From the IMG/VR virus record IMGVR_UViG_3300028422_000156: a DNA stretch of 56,220 nucleotides; one strand, written 5' to 3'. The position numbers and the translations under genes are program-made. Numbering within the stretch: position 1 is the first letter of the stretch; every line of letters starts with the position of its first letter. Shown here piece by piece: positions 8,171 through 16,045 of this stretch. This DNA comes from a virus. The notes beneath the pieces were generated by a model, which searched no databases, was not told the origin of the DNA, and was given only the letters and a program-made list of their open reading frames with translations.

Positions 8171-8765
8171 TTCAGAATACAAAGTAGAGGTTCGAAAACT
8201 CCTGGGGCTTGATTTGCTCCGGGAGTCCATCTCCTTCATCTTAGACCTTGAGTCGACTATGACTCTTGAGAAAATCTACCGTACCCAACACAGTCCGTGC
8301 CGTACTCAGTTGTTCATCGTTAAGATGGTGATACCTAACGAAGTCTCGGTTCATCTTGTGCGTCATTCGGCTGTCGGTCAGTTCCACTATGTATCCAGTA
8401 ACCGTCCTGACTGGCAAGGGCACTCGGCCCGAGAACATGCTGAGATTGGTCGGGATACATTGGTACGTCATGTGATGATCCTGAATGCCAAGCACCTTAT
8501 GGATATGGCTGGTGAGCGTCTGTGTACGAAAGCACTCGCAACTACACGTAAGGTATTCTCCATGATCACTGAGGAAATGTCGAAGATCGACAAAGACCTT
8601 GCGAACCGTATGAAACCTAAGTGCTACCGTCAAGGTGGCGTATGCTACGAGGATGATCCTTGTGGTGTCCACATGAATATGCTACGTGAGATTGTTGAGC
8701 AAGTACCTGAAGCTATCTATCGGGACTGGCGAAACGATTTTATCGTGCGTAACTATAAGGGATAA
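8163..8765 (+). CDS. ThyX-like (flavin-dependent thymidylate synthase-like) protein with a divergent signature
   Basis: LVRHSAVGQFHYVSSNR sits where ThyX has RHRxxSxxxxSxRY. A later segment, RHVMILNAKHLMDMAGERLCTKALATTRKVF, is also ThyX-like. Start is ATG 8163, overlapping the upstream stop. Confidence 0.45.
   Translation: MSNSEYKVEVRKLLGLDLLRESISFILDLESTMTLEKIYRTQHSPCRTQLFIVKMVIPNEVSVHLVRHSAVGQFHYVSSNRPDWQGHSAREHAEIGRDTLVRHVMILNAKHLMDMAGERLCTKALATTRKVFSMITEEMSKIDKDLANRMKPKCYRQGGVCYEDDPCGVHMNMLREIVEQVPEAIYRDWRNDFIVRNYKG
8578..8592 (+). repeat. 15-bp palindrome family copy 6 (TGTCGAAGATCGACA)
   Basis: Exact match inside the ThyX-like ORF, read as M-S-K-I-D-K. Confidence 0.9.
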
Positions 8766-8767
8766 CA

Positions 8768-9160
8768 ATGGATGAATATCTGTTGATCAATGTGACTAAA
8801 GGTGAGATGGTTAAGTTGACTCAAGTGCAGCTTGATGCCATCTTGAAACCTGTACCTGAGATTGAGGAAGCAAAGTCTGTACCTCTCAACAGGCCACCTA
8901 CACCTTGGAGCGATTACCAAACTACCGGGATATGGTATGTTATTGAGTCTGGACTTGAAGAGGTTGGGTGTAAACAGAAGCCGTATTGGTCATGCACTTT
9001 AGAATATCTTGAACTGGATACTTTAGATATTGTAGAGCTTGAGATGTATCTTGAGGATGCTTATGCACCAACTGAGTTCAATCTTGTAGGTGATAATACT
9101 CTTGGTGAGATCTACGAGTATATCCAAAAAGAGGTTTTCCACAATGGCCCTACCTGTTAA
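8768..9160 (+). CDS. Hypothetical protein with an acyl-carrier-protein-like C-terminal domain (DTL instead of DSL)
   Basis: LELDTLDIVELEMYLEDAY...LGEIYEYI aligns with E. coli ACP [19 protein letters not shown]...VQAAIDYI. Confidence 0.55.
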   Translation: MDEYLLINVTKGEMVKLTQVQLDAILKPVPEIEEAKSVPLNRPPTPWSDYQTTGIWYVIESGLEEVGCKQKPYWSCTLEYLELDTLDIVELEMYLEDAYAPTEFNLVGDNTLGEIYEYIQKEVFHNGPTC

Positions 9161-9365
9161 TAAAGCTTTGTATGCTATCAAGGCAAAGTATGAGGACGGC
9201 ACTGTGCAGTTCTGGGGTAATCGACACGATGCCCCTTTCATTACTGAGCGTAATGCCCAGAAACACTGCGACTGGTTGAATAGTTGCAAGAACAGATCTG
9301 GTAGTGAGTATCCTGAGTACACTGTTATTGATCTTAAATTGGAGGTAGGAAAGTATGAAGGTTAA
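9144..9365 (+). CDS. Hypothetical protein
   Basis: ATG 9144 follows an AAGAGG SD. 73 aa. Confidence 0.5.
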   Translation: MALPVNKALYAIKAKYEDGTVQFWGNRHDAPFITERNAQKHCDWLNSCKNRSGSEYPEYTVIDLKLEVGKYEG

Positions 9366-9765
9366 GGTTCTGAGCAATGGATTCCCTCTGTATCGCAAGC
9401 ACCCTACTGATGCCGGTCTTGATGTGCGTCTACCTGAGCTTCTGTATCTCTTTCCTGGAGAACAAGCTACCGTAGACCTTGGTGTAGCTATCGCCACTGA
9501 GCCAGGACACGTCTGTATGCTGGTGAATCGATCATCACTGGCAGCAAAGAATTGCGTCATCTCCAACTTCGGTATCATCGATGAGGATTATCGTGGTGAG
9601 TTGAAGGCTGTACTATTTAACCTGTCAAATGAGATTCAAACTTTCGAGAAGGGCGAGCGAATCGTTCAGCTTCTTGAGGTTCCTGTGGTTCAGAAAGAAC
9701 CTATCTATGTAAGTGAGCTTACCGAAACCGTACGTGGCGAAGGTGGCTTGGGGAGTACAAACTGA
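9355..9765 (+). CDS. dut: dUTP diphosphatase
   Basis: Trimeric dUTPase motifs: TDAGLDV, GIIDEDYRGEL, RGEGGLGSTN. Confidence 0.9.
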   Translation: MKVKVLSNGFPLYRKHPTDAGLDVRLPELLYLFPGEQATVDLGVAIATEPGHVCMLVNRSSLAAKNCVISNFGIIDEDYRGELKAVLFNLSNEIQTFEKGERIVQLLEVPVVQKEPIYVSELTETVRGEGGLGSTN

Positions 9766-9947
9766 TGAAAGATACTATTGCTGCTATTGTTGTTGTCATG
9801 CTTATTGTGGTCGTGTTGCTGTGCTTCGGTGCCCATATCGTAGCATGTATGAAAGCCGGTGCGGTATTTATGCTGCTGCTTGGCATCTTCTTCTTTCCGT
9901 ACGGTGTTATCCACGGACTCGGCTATATGTTTGGTTGGTGGATGTAA
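9765..9947 (+). CDS. Small membrane protein
   Basis: 60 aa with two hydrophobic helices. ATGA overlap with dut. Confidence 0.5.
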   Translation: MKDTIAAIVVVMLIVVVLLCFGAHIVACMKAGAVFMLLLGIFFFPYGVIHGLGYMFGWWM

Positions 9948-10066
9948 TGTCGAAGTTCGACAATCTCTGTGTCTGGTTTTATGTACACATGATCTCCTTG
10001 GCAAGTAAGATTCAAGAGTGGTTCTGGAAGATCACTTGTGCCGCTGTCGATAAGATGGAGAAGTAA
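9947..10066 (+). CDS. Small hypothetical protein (39 aa); its start codon is the ATG of a palindrome copy
   Basis: TAATG overlap with the upstream stop. It fills the gap to the next gene. Confidence 0.35.
   Translation: MSKFDNLCVWFYVHMISLASKIQEWFWKITCAAVDKMEK
9948..9962 (+). repeat. 15-bp palindrome family copy 7 (TGTCGAAGTTCGACA)
   Basis: Exact match at a gene junction. Confidence 0.9.
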
Positions 10067-10287
10067 TGGAACGATTTGCAATTGTCCTATCTCGTGGTTG
10101 CTGCGGTGGGTTCCACGCTGGAACTGTCGTTAAAGTAACTGATGAAACTATGGAAGATGCCGGGAGAACAATCTCTCGGTGTCTCCCTATTCGTAACTCT
10201 CAATACACAACTGATATGTGGCACTGTGATTCGTGCTTGATGTTTATTTCCAAGGAGGAAGCTTATGGAACCGTTAAAGGTAACTGA
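10066..10287 (+). CDS. Hypothetical Cys-rich protein (paralogue of 10265..10480)
   Basis: RGCCGGFHAGTVVKVTD...WHCDSC, compared with RKGCCHGFERGTVCQIIQV...WQCSRC in the neighbouring ORF. Confidence 0.55.
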   Translation: MERFAIVLSRGCCGGFHAGTVVKVTDETMEDAGRTISRCLPIRNSQYTTDMWHCDSCLMFISKEEAYGTVKGN

Positions 10288-10480
10288 TAAAGTAGTTGTA
10301 CAACGTAAAGGGTGTTGTCATGGTTTCGAGCGTGGCACTGTCTGTCAGATCATCCAAGTATACACCAACCCCACCACCGGAAAGCTGCTGTACCTTTGTT
10401 ACCCGGATGATACATCTGTTGGGGAGTACGGCATGTGGCAGTGTTCCCGGTGTATTACTAAAGTTCCGGAGGAAAAATAA
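10265..10480 (+). CDS. Hypothetical Cys-rich protein (paralogue of 10066..10287)
   Basis: Shares the CC.GF..GTV and W.C..C motifs with the upstream ORF. Confidence 0.55.
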   Translation: MEPLKVTDKVVVQRKGCCHGFERGTVCQIIQVYTNPTTGKLLYLCYPDDTSVGEYGMWQCSRCITKVPEEK

Positions 10481-10710
10481 TGCCATTAGAATCAACAGTA
10501 ACTCCATTTACAAGTTCCGAGCCTCCGCTGTTTCCTAGCCTTAGGATTACAGAGGATGGACTCATCTTCTTATTCACAAAACATACTAATGGTAGCACAC
10601 CTTGCCTCAATAACCCTGAGCTGTGGACAAGTGCTGACTTGAGACTTCCTGAAGTACAAGAAGAGTACAAGCCTTTCTACGGGACTATCACCCTTACCTC
10701 AACACCATGA
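10480..10710 (+). CDS. Hypothetical protein
   Basis: 76-aa ORF with TAATG coupling to the upstream gene. Confidence 0.45.
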   Translation: MPLESTVTPFTSSEPPLFPSLRITEDGLIFLFTKHTNGSTPCLNNPELWTSADLRLPEVQEEYKPFYGTITLTSTP

Positions 10711-10997
10711 ATGTCCGTGTAGGTTCGTACCAACTCCGAGTCATCGATAGTATGAACTTTGGAGTCGAGAAGCTTGCCACCGTCGAGAAAGGAAAGATGG
10801 TAGGCCAGGAGTATGTCAGCACTTGCAACTACTTTCCTGACTTCTCAGGTGCATTCAAGTTTTTCATTGGATGTCTTGAGAAAGAAGCATTCAAATACAC
10901 CAGTGACCTTGATGATTTCATGACGAAATACTCTGAGTTGCTGGAGACAACATTCAAGAGAATGGAGGGCTATGAGAAAACTAGCAACGATTCGTAA
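10707..10997 (+). CDS. Hypothetical protein
   Basis: 96-aa ORF with ATGA coupling. Confidence 0.5.
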   Translation: MNVRVGSYQLRVIDSMNFGVEKLATVEKGKMVGQEYVSTCNYFPDFSGAFKFFIGCLEKEAFKYTSDLDDFMTKYSELLETTFKRMEGYEKTSNDS

Positions 10998-12078
10998 GAT
11001 CAATGAACTCTTTCCGATCAAAGGTGCCGACCGTATTGAGGGTGCGGTAATCGATGGTTGGGAATGTGTTGTAAAGAAGGGTGAGTTTGAAGTAGGTGAC
11101 CTGTGTGTCTACTTTGAAATCGACAGTATCCTCCCGGTTCGTCCGTGGTCTGAGTTCATGGAGCCACGCAAGTATCGTGTGAGGACTGCAAAGTTCAAAG
11201 GCCAAATAGCACAAGGTCTGGCTCTTCCGGTGAGTATGGTGTTTCCTGAGACTCGCACAGTAGCTCTCGATGAGGATGTTACTGAGGAACTTGGTGTACG
11301 GAAGTATGATCCGGAAGCTGAGAAAGAGCAGAAGGTGTACGACAACCCACGTAAGAAACGTCCGTGGTGGGCGAAGTCTCGTATAGGTATGAAGATCTAC
11401 CTTTGGCTCCATCCTCGCCTCAGCAAAAAAGGATGGCCTGAGTGGTTGCCTAAGACGGATGAGACACGAGTGCAGAACATCCGTAACCTTGAGAAGCATA
11501 TTGCAAACCGCTATCTGTATGCTACTGAGAAGCTGGATGGTCAGTCGTTCACCATGTACTACAACCATAACGAGAAGGCTGGTTTGTTCAAGAAGGGTGT
11601 AGGTGGTGTCTGCTCTCGTAACATCCACTATCCCTTCCGGTGCGACAACAACTGGTGGAACTATGCAGTTGACAGCGGTGACTACAACCGCTTCGAGAAC
11701 TACTGCAAAACCTCTGGTAAAAGTCTAGCCCTCCAGGGTGAGTTGATTGGTCCTGGAATCCAAGGAAACAAGTATAACCTTTCGACCAACGAGATGTACG
11801 CCTTCAACGTATGGGATATTAATAAACAAAAGTATCTCAACCTTGAAGAGAAGCTTATTGTTCTCAGTGAGGTAGGTATTGTTCATGTGCCTTTTCTGAG
11901 TGATCCTAATGATTTAACTACACCTAAAGAGTTCCTTGAGTTTGCTGATGGTCCTTCGTTGTTCGTCAGCACAGAACACCCAAGGGAAGGTGTGGTCATT
12001 CGTGATTGGGATGATGATGGATTCTCCTTCAAGGCAATTAGTAATCAGTTTCTTCTACTTGAGGATTCATTCGAATGA
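10972..12078 (+). CDS. ATP-dependent RNA ligase (DRB0094/Rnl5-like)
   Basis: N-terminal MRKLATIRKI..PIKGADRIE..V.GW.CVVKKGEFEVGDLCVYFEIDS is typical of this family. Nucleotidyl-transferase motif I is EKLDGQS. Confidence 0.7.
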   Translation: MRKLATIRKINELFPIKGADRIEGAVIDGWECVVKKGEFEVGDLCVYFEIDSILPVRPWSEFMEPRKYRVRTAKFKGQIAQGLALPVSMVFPETRTVALDEDVTEELGVRKYDPEAEKEQKVYDNPRKKRPWWAKSRIGMKIYLWLHPRLSKKGWPEWLPKTDETRVQNIRNLEKHIANRYLYATEKLDGQSFTMYYNHNEKAGLFKKGVGGVCSRNIHYPFRCDNNWWNYAVDSGDYNRFENYCKTSGKSLALQGELIGPGIQGNKYNLSTNEMYAFNVWDINKQKYLNLEEKLIVLSEVGIVHVPFLSDPNDLTTPKEFLEFADGPSLFVSTEHPREGVVIRDWDDDGFSFKAISNQFLLLEDSFE

Positions 12079-12282
12079 TATTCAACTTGATATGTCTCTT
12101 TATAATAGTGGCGTGTGCTGCGGCTAACGTATGTTTGTGGGGTAAGATAAACAAGAGACTAGGTAAGATATAATGGAGACACTATGGAGATTCTAATTTA
12201 TCCGGTAATCTTTGTCATGACAGGTTTAGGTTGTGTAGCCTTTGCTTGTGCTTGGAAGATCTTTACCAGCTAAGGCGCATAA

Positions 12283-12320
12283 GAGGGGCTTGTGTTCTTA
12301 GGAATGCACGCCCCTTATTT
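12283..12320 (+). terminator. Putative intrinsic terminator
   Basis: Imperfect GC stem (GGGGC..TGT / GCA..GCCCC) followed by TTATTT. It lies between a cluster of mini-ORFs and the RNR gene. Confidence 0.4.
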
Positions 12321-12331
12321 CGTGGAGGTTT

Positions 12332-14281
12332 ATGAGTTATATTGACCAACAAATGTCACGGTATATTCACCTGTCAAAGTATAGCCGGTGGTTACCTGAT
12401 GTAAAACGAAGGGAAACCTGGGAGGAAACTGTAGACCGCTTGATTAACTTCTGGCGTGGAAGGTTCGGCGATGTGTTAGGCGAGGATCTTTTTGTCGAAC
12501 TTCGACAATCTACCGTCAACCTGGGAGTCATGCCTTCCATGCGTACGTTGATGACCGCTGGTCCTGCACTTGATCGTGACGAGGCTGCTGGTTTCAACTG
12601 TGCTGGTGCTGGCATCAATCATCTACGGTACTTCGATGAGATCTTCTACCTTCTCATGTGTGGTACTGGTGTTGGCTTTAGTGTCGAATCTAAGTATGTC
12701 TCTCAACTACCTACGATCTCTGAAGATTTCCATCCGACTGAGACTGTTATCCGAGTGCATGACTCGAAGATCGGTTGGGCTAAAGGTCTGAAACAACTGA
12801 TCTCTCTACTTGTCAATGGTGAGATTCCTACGTGGGATCTTAGCTACATCCGTCCCGCTGGTGCCCGACTGAAGACTTTCGGTGGACGTGCATCCGGTCC
12901 TGAACCACTGGACAAACTGTTCAAGATGGTAGTAAAAATCTTCACTAACTCTGCCGGTCGTAAGCTTACGCCGCTTGAGGTACATGACCTTATCTGCTGG
13001 ATTGCTATGACGGTTATCGTCGGTTCGGTTCGTAGGTCAGCCTGTATCTCCATCTCTGATCTCATGGATATGGCGATGGCCCGTGCTAAGACTGGAGAGT
13101 GGTGGAAGACTTATGAGGAAGGTGGGCAGGAGCAACGGAAGCTTTCGAATAACTCTGCTGCCTACTACATCAAGCCAGATGTTGTCGCATTCAACAAAGA
13201 GTTCATGAATCTCTTCAAGAGCTACAGCGGTGAGCGTGGGATTGTCAACAAGACTGCACTTAAGAAAAAGGCTGAAGCTTGTGGTCGTGAGTGGTCAGGT
13301 GATTATCTGTTGAATCCTTGCGGCGAAGCAATCCTCCGGGACACTGGTGGTTTCTGTAATCTGTCAGAGGTTGTCATTCGTCCTGAAGATACCTTCGAAG
13401 ACCTCAGACGTAAGGTGAGATTGGCTACCATCTATGGAACGCTTCAGTCGAGTCTTACGAAGTTCCGGTATCTGCGTAAGGTATGGCAGCGTAACCAGGA
13501 GGAGGAACGCCTACTTGGTGTTAGCCTTACCGGTATCATGGATCATCCGATTATGAGTGGTGCCCGTGAACCTGATGCTGATTTCCTGGAAGGATCTGAA
13601 GAGTATCTCATATTTGATCTCTCTGATGTATTGGCAAACCTCAGGGCCGAGGCTCAACTCGTAAACCAAGATCTTGCAGATGTCCTTGGTATACCTTATG
13701 CCAAACAGATTACACTGGTCAAACCTTCAGGAACTGTATCACAACTTTGTGGGACTTCCTCAGGCATTCATCCTCAGTATGCCCCGTACTATCTACGGCG
13801 TGTAACTCAGGACAACAAAGATCCACTAACGGATCTGATGATAGCTCAAGGTATCCCACATAAACGTGGCGATGACAAGACTTGGTTTAGTTTCCCAATC
13901 GCTGCTCCTGAGAGTACCAAGGTGTTCGCAAGTAACCTCGATCCTATTGATGCCTTAGAGCTTTGGAAGACCTACAGTGACCACTGGTCAGATGGTAACC
14001 CAAGCTGCACCATCTACTACCGTGACAACAACTTCTTTGAGGTGATGTCCTGGGTATACAAGAACTTCGATGACATTGGTGGCTTGAGTTTCTTCCCGTT
14101 GTCTGATGGTATCTATGATAAAGAGACTCAACCGTACCTGCCGATTACAAAAGAAGAGTATGAGGCTGCTGTTGAGGCTTTCCCTAAGGATATTAATTGG
14201 GATATGACTGGTCTCGAAGAAGAGGACAACACTACAGGTATGCAGGAGTATGCTTGTGCTGGAGATAAGTGCTCATTATGA
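12332..14281 (+). CDS. nrdJ: Ribonucleotide reductase, class II (adenosylcobalamin-dependent)
   Basis: 649 aa. N-terminus YIHLSKYSRW...RETWEETVDR, active-site NPCGEAIL...FCNLSEV, C-terminal CAGDKC. Confidence 0.85.
   Translation: MSYIDQQMSRYIHLSKYSRWLPDVKRRETWEETVDRLINFWRGRFGDVLGEDLFVELRQSTVNLGVMPSMRTLMTAGPALDRDEAAGFNCAGAGINHLRYFDEIFYLLMCGTGVGFSVESKYVSQLPTISEDFHPTETVIRVHDSKIGWAKGLKQLISLLVNGEIPTWDLSYIRPAGARLKTFGGRASGPEPLDKLFKMVVKIFTNSAGRKLTPLEVHDLICWIAMTVIVGSVRRSACISISDLMDMAMARAKTGEWWKTYEEGGQEQRKLSNNSAAYYIKPDVVAFNKEFMNLFKSYSGERGIVNKTALKKKAEACGREWSGDYLLNPCGEAILRDTGGFCNLSEVVIRPEDTFEDLRRKVRLATIYGTLQSSLTKFRYLRKVWQRNQEEERLLGVSLTGIMDHPIMSGAREPDADFLEGSEEYLIFDLSDVLANLRAEAQLVNQDLADVLGIPYAKQITLVKPSGTVSQLCGTSSGIHPQYAPYYLRRVTQDNKDPLTDLMIAQGIPHKRGDDKTWFSFPIAAPESTKVFASNLDPIDALELWKTYSDHWSDGNPSCTIYYRDNNFFEVMSWVYKNFDDIGGLSFFPLSDGIYDKETQPYLPITKEEYEAAVEAFPKDINWDMTGLEEEDNTTGMQEYACAGDKCSL
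12493..12507. repeat. 15-bp palindrome family copy 8 (TGTCGAACTTCGACA)
   Basis: Exact match with symmetric flanks (T..A). Inside the RNR ORF, read as V-E-L-R-Q. Confidence 0.9.
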
Positions 14282-14394
14282 TTGTTGACTATATTTTCTT
14301 AGGACTCATTGGTATGCTCGCACTATGCCTTATAGGTATTTTAGTAAATGAACTTATCTATGATGCAAAGATGCACAAGTATGATTGGGTATGA
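14278..14394 (+). CDS. Mini membrane protein (38 aa)
   Basis: ATGA overlap with the RNR stop. The core is hydrophobic: MIVDYIFLGLIGMLALCLIGILV. Confidence 0.35.
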   Translation: MIVDYIFLGLIGMLALCLIGILVNELIYDAKMHKYDWV

Positions 14395-14558
14395 CGCAAG
14401 AAAGATATTGGGAGCTTGAGATGAAAGGTGGTATACTTACAGAGCAGGAGATGTACGAAGGTTGGCACTTCTGCTCTGATTGGGGTTATATGTTAGTTGG
14501 TCCTGGTATGCCTGAACTTAAAACCTGTACTTGTCGAACAATTCCAAAGGAGAAATGA
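14391..14558 (+). CDS. Small hypothetical protein (55 aa)
   Basis: ATGA coupling. The EGWHFCSDWGYML....CTC motif is of a kind recurrent in small phage proteins. Confidence 0.4.
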   Translation: MTQERYWELEMKGGILTEQEMYEGWHFCSDWGYMLVGPGMPELKTCTCRTIPKEK

Positions 14559-14654
14559 TATGGCAAGCCACCCAAAACTTAAAGTGTACAAGGAGGAACT
14601 AAATGACCATAAGACACTTACAGTACCTAAACTATCGATACAAAGGATTGTGGC

Positions 14655-14864
14655 ATGACTGAGTTCGCAAGAGCTATGCAGAATTTGATGGATCTTGGTT
14701 ATGCAGTAACTGTAACTAAGGTTGATGGTGGATTGTATGAGGGTATCGTGTATAATGATGATGGATCTAAGACCTTATACGCAGGGTCTTGGAGAGGTGT
14801 CTTAAGAAAACTTGCGTACTTCGTCAGATACCAGGAGGTGAAGGATGCCGTTGAAAAAGGGTAA
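14655..14864 (+). CDS. Hypothetical protein
   Basis: 69-aa ORF. Confidence 0.5.
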   Translation: MTEFARAMQNLMDLGYAVTVTKVDGGLYEGIVYNDDGSKTLYAGSWRGVLRKLAYFVRYQEVKDAVEKG

Positions 14865-14991
14865 GTCTAATAAGGTAATCTCGGAGAACATTGCTACCGA
14901 GATGTCACACGGTAAACCTCAGAAGCAAGCGGTTGCTATTGCTCTCTCAAAAGCAGGTAAGAAACGAAAGACTCAGAGGAGGAAAAAGTAA
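14845..14991 (+). CDS. Small basic protein (48 aa; too short for the supplied ORF track)
   Basis: [55 protein letters not shown] upstream, and TAATG coupling to the next gene. Confidence 0.5.
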   Translation: MPLKKGKSNKVISENIATEMSHGKPQKQAVAIALSKAGKKRKTQRRKK

Positions 14992-15506
14992 TGGATCTTA
15001 TTGATTTCATGGAACAACTTTCGAAGCAGGAGAACGCCCCATTAGTAGTTGCTGATCCTGAATCTATTGTCATGCCTAACAGAGCACCTGAAGATGGTGG
15101 TGGGAGTGACATTGGTTTTGGTCATAAGCTTACCAGTAACGAGAATGCCTTTGGTATGCTCTATGGTCTCGACTGGACTGATGGTATTACCAGCCTTGAG
15201 GCTATGTACGTTATGATGATCGACTTCATCAAACACTACTTCATCGCTCGTGATCTTGTGGGGATGTCGAACTTCGACAAAATGCCTCAGCTTGCTCAGT
15301 TGATCCTGGCTGAGTATAGCTTCAACGGTGTCTTGAATACCTTCCCTCGATTCCGGAATGCTATCATCACCCGTAACAAGACCGAAGCACTCACGCAATA
15401 CAAACGGTACTGGACTGTTGGTGGTGAGAGGAAGGAACTCACAAGACGCAACGAGTGGACCTTTGGTTTGCTTATGAAACTTGTGGAGTCTGGTTGGCTT
15501 AGATGA
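14991..15506 (+). CDS. Lysozyme-like protein (GH24/T4-lysozyme-like, tentative endolysin)
   Basis: PEDGGGSDIGFGHKL resembles the T4 lysozyme E..D..G..TIGIGH region. 171 aa. Confidence 0.45.
   Translation: MDLIDFMEQLSKQENAPLVVADPESIVMPNRAPEDGGGSDIGFGHKLTSNENAFGMLYGLDWTDGITSLEAMYVMMIDFIKHYFIARDLVGMSNFDKMPQLAQLILAEYSFNGVLNTFPRFRNAIITRNKTEALTQYKRYWTVGGERKELTRRNEWTFGLLMKLVESGWLR
15265..15279 (+). repeat. 15-bp palindrome family copy 9 (TGTCGAACTTCGACA)
   Basis: Exact match inside the lysozyme-like ORF, read as M-S-N-F-D-K. Confidence 0.9.
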
Positions 15507-15673
15507 CAAAAGATGAGGCTGTAGCTCTTAAGACGTTTAAGAACTACTGTAGCTGTGGAGGATATGCTATCCACATGAATGGTAGACCAGAGAGTCAACC
15601 TCACATGCCTTGGTGTCCTCAGTATGAAGAGTATGCTGAGTGGTACAGAGCTATACACTCGGAGGATAAGTGA
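15503..15673 (+). CDS. Small Cys-rich protein (56 aa)
   Basis: ATGA coupling. CSCGG...WCPQ motif. Confidence 0.4.
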   Translation: MTKDEAVALKTFKNYCSCGGYAIHMNGRPESQPHMPWCPQYEEYAEWYRAIHSEDK

Positions 15674-15873
15674 TCTGCTATAGAGACAGAACCTTCTGCC
15701 AGTTTTGGAAGGAGTGTGACAAGGGGGTAGCGTGCGAAAGTGCGTATACCCCTTCTGTTTTTCAAGAGGCACTATCCTGGTGGGGTTCAGAGAATCCACC
15801 GATTGCCTTGTTTGTAGAACCACCACCTTGCTTTAATGCAAAACCTATTGAGGTGATAGATGATCGATATTGA
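15670..15873 (+). CDS. Hypothetical protein
   Basis: 67-aa ORF whose GTG start overlaps the upstream stop. Confidence 0.45.
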   Translation: MICYRDRTFCQFWKECDKGVACESAYTPSVFQEALSWWGSENPPIALFVEPPPCFNAKPIEVIDDRY

Positions 15874-16045
15874 ACTAGAGTGTGATGACTGTGGTGCGGA
15901 TGTAGAGTATGAGCTTGAGTATCGTCGGCATGACATCCGTATTAAAGTGAAACCGTGTAGCTTCTGTATGAACAGCACCTATGCTGAAGGTGAGTCCGAT
16001 GGTTACCAGAAAGCGCAGGATGAAGTGTTGTCAGGAGATGATTGA
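15860..16045 (+). CDS. Small zinc-ribbon protein
   Basis: CDDCG...CSFC motif with an acidic tail. Confidence 0.5.
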   Translation: MIDIELECDDCGADVEYELEYRRHDIRIKVKPCSFCMNSTYAEGESDGYQKAQDEVLSGDD

